A DNA stretch of 64,000 bases from an uncultured Chloroflexia bacterium (GCA_963697585.1 CAVOOO010000009.1:151295-215294); one strand, 5' to 3'; positions 9,409 to 19,019 are shown, counted from the first letter of the stretch. Notes: generated from the sequence alone by a model not told the origin. Made by a program: numbers and translations.

Positions 9409-10671
9409 GTGGGGTATCTGCATCTTATCCGGACGCGTCAAGACGTCCATAGTGACCTCATGGTCTTGGCGGGTGCAGCCCAACCCCAGCCGGCGAACAC
9501 TGTTCTGGTCGTCGACGACGACCCGGGCTTCCGCAGCGCGCTGGCCGAGCTGCTCAGCATCGACCCCCGGCTTCGCGTGGTCGGCATCGCGGCCGACGCT
9601 CACGAGGGGGCGGCCATGGTGCGGTCGCTCCAGCCGTCGGTCTGCCTCTGCGACGTTCGCCTGCCCGGCGGCGGTGGCGAGCTGGTCGCCGCCGAGGCGC
9701 GGCGGTTCGCTCCCGAGACCCGGGTGGTGGCCCTCTCCGCGTACGACGACTCCAACACCATCATGGGGATGCTCCGGGCCGGCGCGATCAGCTACATCGT
9801 GAAGGGCACCGCCGGTGACGAGGTCCTCGACAGCGTCCACCGCGCCCTTCGAGGGCAGGCCTCGATGCCGGCGATCGCCGCGACCGCGGTCGGCGCCGAG
9901 CTGCGCGGCCAGCGTGAGCAGACGCGGGACAAGGTCATCTCACTCCGCAGGGTCCTGGATCGCGGCCTCATGAGCGTCGTGTTCCAGCCGATCGTCGACC
10001 TCGAGAATCGGGAACCGATCGCCTTCGAAGCCCTCTGCCGGTTCAACGCCTCGCCGCAGCGGCCCCCCGACCAGTGGTTCGCGGACGCCTCCGCGCACGA
10101 CCTGGGCCTGGAGTTCGAGCTGCGCGCGATCCGGCTCGCGCTCGATCACCTGGACCACCTCCCGGACGGCTGCTCCCTCCACCTGAACGCGTCGCCGAGC
10201 GTGGCCGTGCAGCCGGAGCTGGCGATGCTGCTCCGGCAGGGCGGCCCGGAGCGCCTGGTCCTCGAGGTCACCGAGCACGCCCACATCGACGACTACCCCG
10301 CGCTCACCGCGGCGCTCGCCCCGATCCGCGCCGCCGGGCTTCGGCTGGGGGTGGACGACGCCGGCTCCGGCTTCTCGTCGATGAGCCACGTGGTCAACAT
10401 GGAGCCCGACATCATCAAGGTGGACATCTCGCTGGTTCGCGACATCCATCTCAACAAGATGCGCCGCGCCATGGTCGGAGCCCTGGCCGAGTTCGGCCGC
10501 CAGGCGGGCCCGCTGGTGGTCGCCGAGGGGGTCGAGGTGGAGGAGGAGCGGTCCGTGCTGCTCTCGCTCGGGGTCACCGCGGCCCAGGGGTACCTCTTCG
10601 GACGGCCGCAATCGTGCTCCTGCGCGTGCCTCCGGCCTGAGGAGCTCCGGGCGGTCGCGCTCTCGGCCTGA
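9409..10671 (+). CDS. response-regulator receiver + EAL (c-di-GMP phosphodiesterase) domain protein
   Basis: REC: VLVVDDDPGF...CDVRLPGG...VVALSAYDD...YIVKG. EAL domain: FQPIVDLENREPIAFEALCRF, DDAGSGFSS, IKVD, AEGVE. The ATG at 9460 is an alternative start. Confidence 0.85.
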   Translation: MGYLHLIRTRQDVHSDLMVLAGAAQPQPANTVLVVDDDPGFRSALAELLSIDPRLRVVGIAADAHEGAAMVRSLQPSVCLCDVRLPGGGGELVAAEARRFAPETRVVALSAYDDSNTIMGMLRAGAISYIVKGTAGDEVLDSVHRALRGQASMPAIAATAVGAELRGQREQTRDKVISLRRVLDRGLMSVVFQPIVDLENREPIAFEALCRFNASPQRPPDQWFADASAHDLGLEFELRAIRLALDHLDHLPDGCSLHLNASPSVAVQPELAMLLRQGGPERLVLEVTEHAHIDDYPALTAALAPIRAAGLRLGVDDAGSGFSSMSHVVNMEPDIIKVDISLVRDIHLNKMRRAMVGALAEFGRQAGPLVVAEGVEVEEERSVLLSLGVTAAQGYLFGRPQSCSCACLRPEELRAVALSA

Positions 10672-10725
10672 TCGCCCCGGCGCGGGGAGAGGTCGCCCCC
10701 TGAGCCCTCGGCCTCGGGGTTCGGA

Positions 10726-11625
10726 TCACCCGCTTCCCGGATCAGTGATCAATGCATCCGGGTGGCCACGGGCTCCCAGCAGCGGCGCGCCGCCGAGACG
10801 CCAGACGCCGGTGATCGTGGCCGCGGCGGCGAGCCCCAGCGCCAGACCGGAAAGCAGATCGTGGGCCGCCAGCCGCTCGCCGAAGAGGGTGAGACCGAGG
10901 AGGGTTCCGGTGAGCGGCTCCAGGACCGACGAGGGCGGCAGCGCGGCCTTCAGCTCCCCGACCCGGTACGCGTGCTGCTGGAGCAGGAAGCCGGCGGCGC
11001 CGACCACCACCAGCAGGTAGGGAGGGAAGGTGGTCAGCACCGCCAGGTGGAGCGCCGACGCCGAGCTCACCGTGGTCTTGACCAGCGCGTCCGAGGCTCC
11101 GATGGTCATGCCCGCGACCGCGCCGAGGCCCATCGCGGCCCGCGCCGGCAGCCAGCGTGACGAGCGCCAGAGGGCGAGGGCGCCGAGGGCCCCGAGGCCC
11201 ACCAGCAGGGGGGCCCACCAGATCGCCGGCGGCTGTGACCGCCCGCCGGTCGGGGCGGCCACCACCAGGAAGAGCGCGACGCCCCCGGCGGCGAGCGCCA
11301 TGGCGAGCCAGTCCGCCGGACGGGGCCACGAGCGGTGGCGCAGCGCCGCCACGACCAGGGCGACCACCAGGCTGGTGGCGAGGATCGGTTCCACCACCGC
11401 CAGCCGCCCGAGGTCCAGGGCGGCCGCCTGCAGCCCGAATCCGCTGACCATCACGGCGACCCCGGCCAGCCAGATCGGGCGCCGCAGCAGGATGCCGATC
11501 AGCCCGATGCCCGCCGACCCGGAGCCGGTGACGCCGTGGGCCGCCTGCTGCTGCAGGGCCGCACCGGTGCCAATCGCACAGGCGGCGCAGGCCGCCAGCA
11601 GCACGGGCCAGCCGGCGGTGCCCAT
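10726..11625 (-). CDS. DMT-superfamily (EamA-like) membrane transporter
   Basis: 299-aa polytopic hydrophobic protein, about 10 TM segments with two-halves architecture. Confidence 0.65.
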   Translation of the reverse strand: MGTAGWPVLLAACAACAIGTGAALQQQAAHGVTGSGSAGIGLIGILLRRPIWLAGVAVMVSGFGLQAAALDLGRLAVVEPILATSLVVALVVAALRHRSWPRPADWLAMALAAGGVALFLVVAAPTGGRSQPPAIWWAPLLVGLGALGALALWRSSRWLPARAAMGLGAVAGMTIGASDALVKTTVSSASALHLAVLTTFPPYLLVVVGAAGFLLQQHAYRVGELKAALPPSSVLEPLTGTLLGLTLFGERLAAHDLLSGLALGLAAAATITGVWRLGGAPLLGARGHPDALITDPGSG

Positions 11626-11634
11626 CGGCCCCGG

Positions 11635-13008
11635 CTACTGGAGCAGCCGGATCAGGCCGCGCCCCAGCGGGCCCCGTGCCCCACCGCGGTCGTCGGCGGC
11701 TTGGAGGACGCGCTGGGCGCCGTTGAGCAGCGGCCAGCGCAGGGGCTCGGGCGGCAGCTTCATCGGCCGGCGGGTCACGAGGGGCAGGCTGAGCCGCTCG
11801 GTGTCGCGCTCCAGCAGGAGGTCGACCGCGACCCGGGCGAGCAGGGCGGACGGCCCGACCCCGTGGCCGCTGTAGCCGACGGCGTAGGCGAGGCGTCCGG
11901 TGTGGAGCCAGCCCGCGCTCGGCAGGCAGTGGACGGTGGCGCCGACGGGCCCGCCCCACCGCTCGGCGATACGGACGTCGTCGAGCTGCGGGAAGGTGAG
12001 GCGGAAGGTCTCCTCGAGCCGCCCGAAGATGCGCGGGTCGTGGTCGCGCAGGGGATCCGGACCGATCGGCGAGACCGGGGCGTCGCGCCCGCCCCAGAGG
12101 ATGCGGCCGTCCGCCGTGGGACGGTGGAAATGGGGCATGACCCGGCGGTCCTCGATGCCCATCCGGCGCTGCCAGCCCACCCGCTCCCACTGGACGGGGG
12201 TGAGCGGCTCGGTGCAGACGATGTAGGCGCAGATGGTGAAGAGGAATCGCCGGATCCGCGGGATGGCGTGCGCGTACGCGTTGGTGGCGAGCAGGGCTCG
12301 CTCGGCGCGCACGCTCCCCCCCGGGGTGCGCATCAGCACCCCGGACCCGGTCCCCTGGGCGCGCACCAATGCGGTGCGCTCGAAGATCACCACCCCACGC
12401 CGCTCCGCGGCCCGGGCCAGGCCCAGGGAGAGTGCGGCGGGGTCGACCAGCAGGGAGGCTGCCTCGAAGTGGCCGCAGCGGACGCCCGAGGCGGCCACCA
12501 GCGCGCGGCACTCGGCGGCGCCGAGCGGGGTGATGTCGTCCAGGCCCAGCCGCGATGACGCCTCCAGGTCCTGGCGGATGCGCACGTCCTGCTCGGGCCC
12601 GTTGGAGACGGTGAGCAGGCCGGGGCGGGTGATGTCGGCCTCGATCCCCTCGGCGGTGCAGAAGTCCTCGATCTCGGCGAGGGTCTCGACCATCGCGGCG
12701 TGGACCCGTCCGGCCGCGGCCGGGCCCACCTTGCGGACCAGGTCGTGGATGCTCCGGGTGACCATGGTCATGGCGAACCCGCCGTTGCGGCCGCTGGCGC
12801 CGAACCCGACGGTCTCGCGCTCCAGGACCACGATCCGCCGGCTGGGCTCCAGCTCGGCCAGGCGGATCGCCGACCAGAGGCCGGTGAAGCCGCCTCCGAC
12901 GATGACGACGTCGGCCTGCTGGTCGCCCTCCAGCGGCGGACGCTCCGGCTGGGGGAAGCGCGCCGCGGCTCGCTCCTGCCACCAGCTGGGGGCTGCCGGC
13001 GAGCTCAC
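11635..13008 (-). CDS. FAD-dependent oxidoreductase (DAO family)
   Basis: ADVVIVGGGFTGLWSAIRLAE dinucleotide-binding motif. The longest ORF runs to 13200, but the N-terminal 64 codons look non-coding. GTG at 13008 gives SSPAAPSWWQE..., typical for the family. Start uncertain. Confidence 0.75.
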   Translation of the reverse strand: MSSPAAPSWWQERAAARFPQPERPPLEGDQQADVVIVGGGFTGLWSAIRLAELEPSRRIVVLERETVGFGASGRNGGFAMTMVTRSIHDLVRKVGPAAAGRVHAAMVETLAEIEDFCTAEGIEADITRPGLLTVSNGPEQDVRIRQDLEASSRLGLDDITPLGAAECRALVAASGVRCGHFEAASLLVDPAALSLGLARAAERRGVVIFERTALVRAQGTGSGVLMRTPGGSVRAERALLATNAYAHAIPRIRRFLFTICAYIVCTEPLTPVQWERVGWQRRMGIEDRRVMPHFHRPTADGRILWGGRDAPVSPIGPDPLRDHDPRIFGRLEETFRLTFPQLDDVRIAERWGGPVGATVHCLPSAGWLHTGRLAYAVGYSGHGVGPSALLARVAVDLLLERDTERLSLPLVTRRPMKLPPEPLRWPLLNGAQRVLQAADDRGGARGPLGRGLIRLLQ

Positions 13009-13241
13009 GTCTCGGGGCGCAGCGCTCACGGCGGCGAACACCGATCGACGCTGCGGCGGCGAGCGTCCATGCCTGCATGGTACGTCAGGGTTGCGCGGCG
13101 CAGCGAGCCTCCCGGGGCCACCGCAACCGGTCCGGCGGCATCCGGTGTCCCCGTGGAGAGGGGTCGCCGGGCCCATTGTCACGGCGGACGAGATCGCCAA
13201 TACTCAGGGGCAGCCGGGACCTTCGTCAACGGCCCGGCCTG

Positions 13242-13297
13242 GGGGGGCATTCCCGTGTCGGATGTCCCGGTGTGGGGGGCATTTCCGTGTCGGATGT
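13242..13297. repeat. two 24-bp direct repeats (GGGGGGCATTYCCGTGTCGGATGT), 32-bp period, in a divergent promoter region
   Basis: 13242-13265 and 13274-13297 differ at one base. They lie between the FAD oxidoreductase gene (-) and the secreted-protein gene (+). Confidence 0.7.
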
Positions 13298-13382
13298 GAA
13301 GTCACGGCACCGCGTGTTCGGAGTGGCCGGCCCTCACCGCTGTTGGTGGCGCCCCGATGGGCTGCGCCTAACGCCTTCTCAG

Positions 13383-14326
13383 ATGAAGAGACCCCGGCAC
13401 GCCCTGACCGCCGTCTCTGCCGTCGGCGTGTTCGCCAGCTCTCTGCTCGGCCTCCAAGCAGCCCCCCGGGCTACGTCACCATCCAGTTCGGCCGGTCGAT
13501 CGAAGGGAGCTACGCCAGTCCAGGGTGCGTCCCCGTGCCGGGAATCCTGACGCTCGATACCGCGGTGGCTGATCTCCACAGCCTCGGGCTGACGGCGGTC
13601 GGCACCGTCAACGTCGATCGGGCGAGCACAACCGGAGAGGACTGCACCAACGGCGACATCTACGCCGACTGGGCCGACCTCCAGGCTCTGCAATCGGAGT
13701 ATGGCTTCGATGTCGTCAGCGAGGGGCTGAACCACGACGACATCACCGGTGAGACCACCGCCCAGCAGCAGGCCGAGAGCTGCGGCTCGCTCCCCTACTT
13801 CACGAGTGAGGGTTTCGACGACGCGTGGGGGGAGTTCGCCTATCCCGACGACGTGCTCACGACGGCGATCCAGAGGAACGTCGTCAGCACCTGCTTCGCC
13901 TACGGGCGGGTGTACAGCTACACGCCCACGATCAACGTGCGCTCGAAGATGAAGTCCCCCTGGTTCGAGGACGCCGACAACGTTCTCGGCGGGGAATGCA
14001 ACGTCGAGGGCATGCCCTGCTACTCGCTCACCACGACGGTCGGCAGGCACTACACCAGCCCCATGGGCTGGGCCGAGGTCCTCCAGAACGAGACCGGCAA
14101 CGAGTGGGACGACCTCCAGTTCTACCAGCTGGTCACGGGGTCGAGCGATCAGAGCCCGGCGTTCTCGTGGGACTGCACCAGCCCGAATTGGGAGCTCCAC
14201 TGGACGAGCCACACCGAGATGTACTGCCTCAACGACTTCATGACCATCATCCAGGCGATCAGGCCCGGGATCATCGTGACCGACCCGGCCACGGTTGCAA
14301 CCGCATGGGGCCGCGGGCAGCCGTGA
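13383..14326 (+). pseudogene. secreted Cys-rich protein of unknown function, signal peptide separated from mature domain by a 1-nt frameshift (as assembled)
   Basis: ATG 13383 encodes MKRPRHALTAVSAVGVFASSLLGLQAAP (a signal peptide) in frame 0. The convincing coding frame GYVTIQFGRSIEGSY...WGRGQP* (to 14326) is in the -1 frame. The switch is at the C6 run 13462-13467. G+C is lower than in neighbouring genes. Confidence 0.55.
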
Positions 14327-14431
14327 GGTAGCCGATCAGTCTGGGTCGTGGCCTGGACCCGATGCACGGAGCCGCGGGCAGCCGTGAGGTAACCGATCAG
14401 TCTGGGTCTCAGCCTTGCCCGATCCGCTTCC
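14310..14431. repeat. tandem duplication of a 61-bp unit; the first 38 bp are near-identical (one mismatch)
   Basis: gccgcgggcagccgtgaggtRgccgatcagtctgggtc at 14310-14347 and 14371-14408. Copy 1 contains the last codons and the TGA of the secreted-protein gene. Confidence 0.75.
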
Positions 14432-14466
14432 CCGCCCCGGCCCGGAGGCCGGATGCGGGCCGGCGA

Positions 14467-15864
14467 TCAGCCGGCCGAGGGGGGAGCGGGCGCACGCGGT
14501 CGGGACGAATCGCACCAGCGGGCGTGGTCATCGGCCATCGGCGGCAGAGCCATCACCCGCTCGTCGGTGCGGATCAACCGCCAGCCACCCTCATGCACCC
14601 TCCAGTGATGGACCCGGCAGATCGTGACGAGGTTGGCAAGATCAGTCGTGCCACCCTGCGCCCAGTGGCGGAGGTGATGGACCTCGCCCCAGGACGCCGG
14701 ACGGTGGCAGCCCGGCCAGACGCAGCCCCCGTCGCGGGCCCGGACCGCCCTGCGGGTCGCGGTCGCCGGAACGCGGGTCGCGCGGCCCACGTCGAGGACC
14801 GCGGAGTCCGCTCCGAACACGACCCGGGCGATCCCCGCGTCGCAGCCCAGCCGCCGCGCCGTCTCGGCGGCGATCGGGCCGCCCAGCTCCAGCTCTGCCG
14901 CCGGCGAACCAGGCTCTCCCCGGAGGGTCGCCAGGCTGGCCGTGACCTGGAGGTGGGGACGCTGTGCGGCATGTTGAGGCAGTGCCCCGCCGTCCATGGC
15001 ATGGCCGGCCAGCTCCACCAGGGCGTCGGCGAATCGGCGCTCCCGGCGGCGCTCGTCCCCAACACCGGTGGGGCGGGCGAGCGGCTCGAGGGCGGTGCGC
15101 AGAGTCGCCCCTCCCTCGGTGTCGAGGTAGCCGCGGAGGAAGAGGGCGCCGCCCTCGGTCGCCTTCAACTCCAGGAAGCGCGCCTCCACCTCCTCGACCT
15201 GCTCGCTCAGGAAGCGGCGAGGGTCGGCCGCGTGCCGGAGGTGGGCGCAGTCGCGACGGAGCTCCGCCACCGAGTGCACCCGGGCCCTGGCGAGCAGGGC
15301 CTCCTCGTCGAACGCGGGAGCGGGAACGCCGGCGACGGCCGGCAGGCCGCCGATCCATTGGGCGGTCCTCGCCATCAGCGCGAGGTGGGAGAAGCCGATC
15401 TGGCCATCGCGCAGGGCGCCGGCGCTCGCCGGCATCCGGGCGGCCTGCTGGCCGACCACCAGCGCGTTCCAGGCCGCGGTGCCGGTGGTGTGGCACTCCT
15501 CCTTGACCCAGGCGGTCGGGCTCGGGTATCCCTCCCACTCGTCCTCGCCGGCGCCGGTCAGCTCGGTGACCATGCCGGAGAACTCGAGCTCCATCCGGTC
15601 GATGAGCCGGCGCCAGACCATCATCTCGTCGCGGATGACCTCGCCCGGTCGATCGCCGCGGGGGCGCCCCGCGAACCGATCCACGGCGGTGGCCACAGCG
15701 TCGATGGCCGCTCGGCAATCACCCGCCGCCGGCTGAGGTGCCACGCCGGCGACGGCATCCTGCGCCGCGGCTGCCCGAGATGCGGCGGCATCCGGCGCGG
15801 CGAGCGACGGTGACCCGGCCCCCCAGCCGGCCTCGCCCAGCCGCCCCGCCTCTCCATCGCGCAT
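14467..15864 (-). CDS. DUF222 domain / HNH endonuclease family protein
   Basis: 465 aa. C-terminal HNH: CVWPGCHRPASWGEVHHLRHWAQGGTTDLANLVTICRVHHWRVHEGGW. The N-terminal region resembles the actinobacterial 13E12/DUF222 family. Confidence 0.85.
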   Translation of the reverse strand: MRDGEAGRLGEAGWGAGSPSLAAPDAAASRAAAAQDAVAGVAPQPAAGDCRAAIDAVATAVDRFAGRPRGDRPGEVIRDEMMVWRRLIDRMELEFSGMVTELTGAGEDEWEGYPSPTAWVKEECHTTGTAAWNALVVGQQAARMPASAGALRDGQIGFSHLALMARTAQWIGGLPAVAGVPAPAFDEEALLARARVHSVAELRRDCAHLRHAADPRRFLSEQVEEVEARFLELKATEGGALFLRGYLDTEGGATLRTALEPLARPTGVGDERRRERRFADALVELAGHAMDGGALPQHAAQRPHLQVTASLATLRGEPGSPAAELELGGPIAAETARRLGCDAGIARVVFGADSAVLDVGRATRVPATATRRAVRARDGGCVWPGCHRPASWGEVHHLRHWAQGGTTDLANLVTICRVHHWRVHEGGWRLIRTDERVMALPPMADDHARWCDSSRPRAPAPPSAG

Positions 15865-16159
15865 CGGACTGATTCTATCAAACAGGCGTTCGCATGGTCA
15901 AGGCGAACACACCGTCCAGTTTGGAATCGGGCCTCCAGGCCGGGCAGGCCGTCTCGGTTCCCACGCCGCTCACCGGCTGACCCGCTCAGAGGCCTTCTCG
16001 GTAAACTCCGGAGCCATCATGCGGAGATCTCGCGTGGCTCGGGGGCAGGCGCCGCCGGCCGGCGACGCCATCAGGTTCGCGGGGATGCGAATGCGCCGGG
16101 GCGGACGTACCGCCCCTATCGCGTGAGCTGCCATCCCCCGATAACCTGAGGACTCTCCC

Positions 16160-17440
16160 ATGAGCGAACGAATACTCTCCCTGCGCTGCCGCGCCTGCGG
16201 CGCCACCACCCCGATCGCGCCGGCCCATGCCTGCGACGAGTGCTTCGGCCCCCTCGAGGTGGCCTACGACTACGCGGAGATCGGTCGCCGGGTCTCCCGG
16301 GCGTCCATCGATGCGGGTCCGGCCAGCATCTGGCGGTATCGCGACCTGCTGCCGCTCGAGGACGACCTGGAGCCGATCACCCTCGGCGAGGGCTGGTCCC
16401 CGCTCATCCGGGCGGAGAACCTCGGCGAGCTGCTCGGTCTGCGCAACCTCTACCTGAAGAACGACACCCAGAACCCCACCAACTCCTTCAAGGACCGGGT
16501 GGTGAGCGTGGCCGCGAGCTGGGCTCGGGGCCACGGCTTCGGGACCATCGCCTGCGCCAGCACCGGCAACCTGGCCAACGCGGTCGCGGCCTACGCGGCC
16601 CATGCCGCGATGCGCGCGGTGATCATCATCCCCGCCGACCTCGAGGCGGCCAAGATCTCGACCACGGCGGTGTTCCGACCCACCCTGGTGCGGGTCAACG
16701 GCACCTACGACGACGCCAACCGGCTGGGCAGCGAGCTGGTCGACGAGGTCCCCTGGGCCTTCTGCAACATCAACGTCCGGCCCTTCTACAGCGAGGGCAG
16801 CAAGACCCTCACCTACGAGACGGTTGAGCAGCTGGGCTGGCGGCTCCCCGACGAGATCATCATCCCGATCGCCTCCGGCTCCCAGTTCGTGAAGGCGCAG
16901 AAGGCGATCCACGAGCTGGTCGACCTCGGCCTGGTGGCGGGGCCGGCCCACACCCGGCTGACCGGCGCCCAGGCCTCGGGCTGCGCCCCGGTGGCCGACG
17001 CCTTCGCCACCGGCCGTCCGGTGGTCCCGGTCCGTCATCCGGACACCGTGGCCCGTTCGCTGGCGATCGGGAGCCCGTCGGACGGCGAGGACGTGATCCG
17101 CGCCTCGCGGCAGACCGGCGGTGTGGTCGAGAGCGTCAGCGACGAGGAGATCCTCGACTCCGTGGAGCTGCTCGCCCGCACCGAGGGCGTCTTCGCCGAG
17201 ACCGCCGGCGGGGTCACGGTGGCGGTGCTTCGCCGCCTCGCCGCCGCCGGGAGGTGGAAGGGGGACGAGACGGTGGTCGCCTACATCACCGGCCACGGCC
17301 TGAAGACCGCGGAGTCGCTGGAGGGCCGCCACCAGCTCGACGAGCCGATCGCCCCGTCGCTGCGCGCCTTCGCGGAGCGCTACCGCGCCGAGATGGAGGC
17401 GGCGCCCGCCGCCGCCAGGGGGAGGGTGCCGGTTGGCTGA
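16160..17440 (+). CDS. thrC: threonine synthase (archaeal/zinc-ribbon type)
   Basis: 426 aa. N-terminal Cys4 ribbon CRACG...CDECFG. PLP-lysine motif NPTNSFKDR. GNLANAVAAYAA. Confidence 0.85.
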   Translation: MSERILSLRCRACGATTPIAPAHACDECFGPLEVAYDYAEIGRRVSRASIDAGPASIWRYRDLLPLEDDLEPITLGEGWSPLIRAENLGELLGLRNLYLKNDTQNPTNSFKDRVVSVAASWARGHGFGTIACASTGNLANAVAAYAAHAAMRAVIIIPADLEAAKISTTAVFRPTLVRVNGTYDDANRLGSELVDEVPWAFCNINVRPFYSEGSKTLTYETVEQLGWRLPDEIIIPIASGSQFVKAQKAIHELVDLGLVAGPAHTRLTGAQASGCAPVADAFATGRPVVPVRHPDTVARSLAIGSPSDGEDVIRASRQTGGVVESVSDEEILDSVELLARTEGVFAETAGGVTVAVLRRLAAAGRWKGDETVVAYITGHGLKTAESLEGRHQLDEPIAPSLRAFAERYRAEMEAAPAAARGRVPVG

Positions 17441-17912
17441 GATTCCGGGAGGGAACCCCGGGCCCAAGGTCCCGCAGGCCGGCGGGCTGCCCGCGGGCAT
17501 CCCGGGCAACCTCGACCTGGGCACCGGGTTCACCGGCCTCATGGGCCTCCAGATCGACGAGGCGTCGGCGACCCGGGTCGTCGCACACCTCGAGGTGGGA
17601 GCCCAGCACCTCCAGCCGTACGGCCTGGTTCACGGCGGCGTCTACGCCGCCATCGCCGAGACCCTGGCATCGATCGGCGGGATGGTGGCCGCGGCCGCCG
17701 ACGGCTCCGGACGGGGAGTGGTGGGGCTCGAGAACCACACCAGCTTCCTTCGCCCGGCTCGGCTCGGCCAGCGGATCGACGCCGAGGCGGTGCCCCGGCA
17801 CGCGGGCCGCCGCCTCCACCAGTGGGCGGTGACCATGCGCAACGCGCAGGACGGCCGCGAGCTGGCCAACAGCACGGTCCGCCTCCTGCTGGTCGTCCCC
17901 GACCGCGTCTGA
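17433..17912 (+). CDS. PaaI-family (hotdog fold) thioesterase
   Basis: FTGLMGLQIDE...LQPYGLVHGGVYAAIAETLASIGG. The TTG start overlaps the thrC end by 8 nt. Confidence 0.7.
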   Translation: MAEIPGGNPGPKVPQAGGLPAGIPGNLDLGTGFTGLMGLQIDEASATRVVAHLEVGAQHLQPYGLVHGGVYAAIAETLASIGGMVAAAADGSGRGVVGLENHTSFLRPARLGQRIDAEAVPRHAGRRLHQWAVTMRNAQDGRELANSTVRLLLVVPDRV

Positions 17913-18018
17913 TCGGACCTAGCCTGGCGCCGGCCACCGGCCCGACTCAGCCCCCTCGGGCGCTCCGCCGACCATCCAACCCGGACTGACGCGAGCGCAG
18001 GGCATACACTTCCCGGCG

Positions 18019-18792
18019 ATGATCGAATCTGCCCCCGTGATCGACGCCACCAAGTTCGGAACCGCCAAGATCGTCAGCCGTCGGGACTTCGCCGAGGGCC
18101 TCTGGGTGATGCGGCTGGCCACCGACTTCGACCTCGGCTACCGGCCCGGCCAGTACTGCACCCTGGCGCTCCCCATCGGCGACCGGCTCATCGAGCGTCC
18201 CTATTCGATCTGCTCCTCGCCGGAGGAGGGCGAGGTCGAGCTGTTCATCGAGCGGGTCCCGGAGGGCGAGCTCACCGTTCCCCTCCACCGCCTCGGGGTC
18301 GGCGCCGAGCTGCCGGTCCGCCGCCGCTGCAAGGGGCTCTTCCTGAAGGAGGCGCCGGTCGTCGACCAGGCCCACCTCTTCGTGGCCACGGTCACCGGGA
18401 TCGCCCCCTTCCTCTCCTGCATCCGCACCCTGCTGCGCAAGATGGACCGGGGGGAGTGGTCGCCGGCGGGGAAGCTGGTGCTCCTCCACGGCGCCAGCGT
18501 CTCCTCCGAGTTCGGCTACCTCGACGAGATGCGGGCGCTGACCGAGAAGTTCGAATGGTTCGAGTACGTGCCCACCATCAGCCGCCCCTGGCTGGACCCC
18601 GAGTGGCCGGGCGAGCGGGGCCGGGTCGAGGACGTGGTGCGCAAGCACGCCGACCGCTTCGAACTCCGTCCGGGGTCGGCCTCGGCGTTCATCTGCGGCA
18701 ACCCGCAGATGATCGACAACGTCAAGGGCGCGCTGCGCCGGGGCGGGTTCGAGGACGCGGCCGTCCACGAGGAGCAGTACTGGCCGGAGTGA
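18019..18792 (+). CDS. fpr: ferredoxin-NADP(+) reductase-like flavoprotein
   Basis: FAD-binding RPYSICS, NAD(P)-binding LFVATVTGIAPF, C-terminal ...EEQYWPE. Confidence 0.85.
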   Translation: MIESAPVIDATKFGTAKIVSRRDFAEGLWVMRLATDFDLGYRPGQYCTLALPIGDRLIERPYSICSSPEEGEVELFIERVPEGELTVPLHRLGVGAELPVRRRCKGLFLKEAPVVDQAHLFVATVTGIAPFLSCIRTLLRKMDRGEWSPAGKLVLLHGASVSSEFGYLDEMRALTEKFEWFEYVPTISRPWLDPEWPGERGRVEDVVRKHADRFELRPGSASAFICGNPQMIDNVKGALRRGGFEDAAVHEEQYWPE

Positions 18793-19019
18793 CCGGGCTC
18801 GCCGGGTTTACCTCAGGGGACCGAGGCCCCTCCGAATACCACGGGGACCAGTTCCCGGGGGTCACGTCAGACCCCGGACCATACGCAACGCAGTTGTACG
18901 GGTCCGGGTTCACGGGCGGAGTCGTCGGCTTCTGCGTCGGCGTCGTGTCGAGGAGCGCCCGCAACTCCTTCCCCTCCCACGCAGATTCGGCAATGGGGTG
19001 ACACTCGGACGCTGATACC

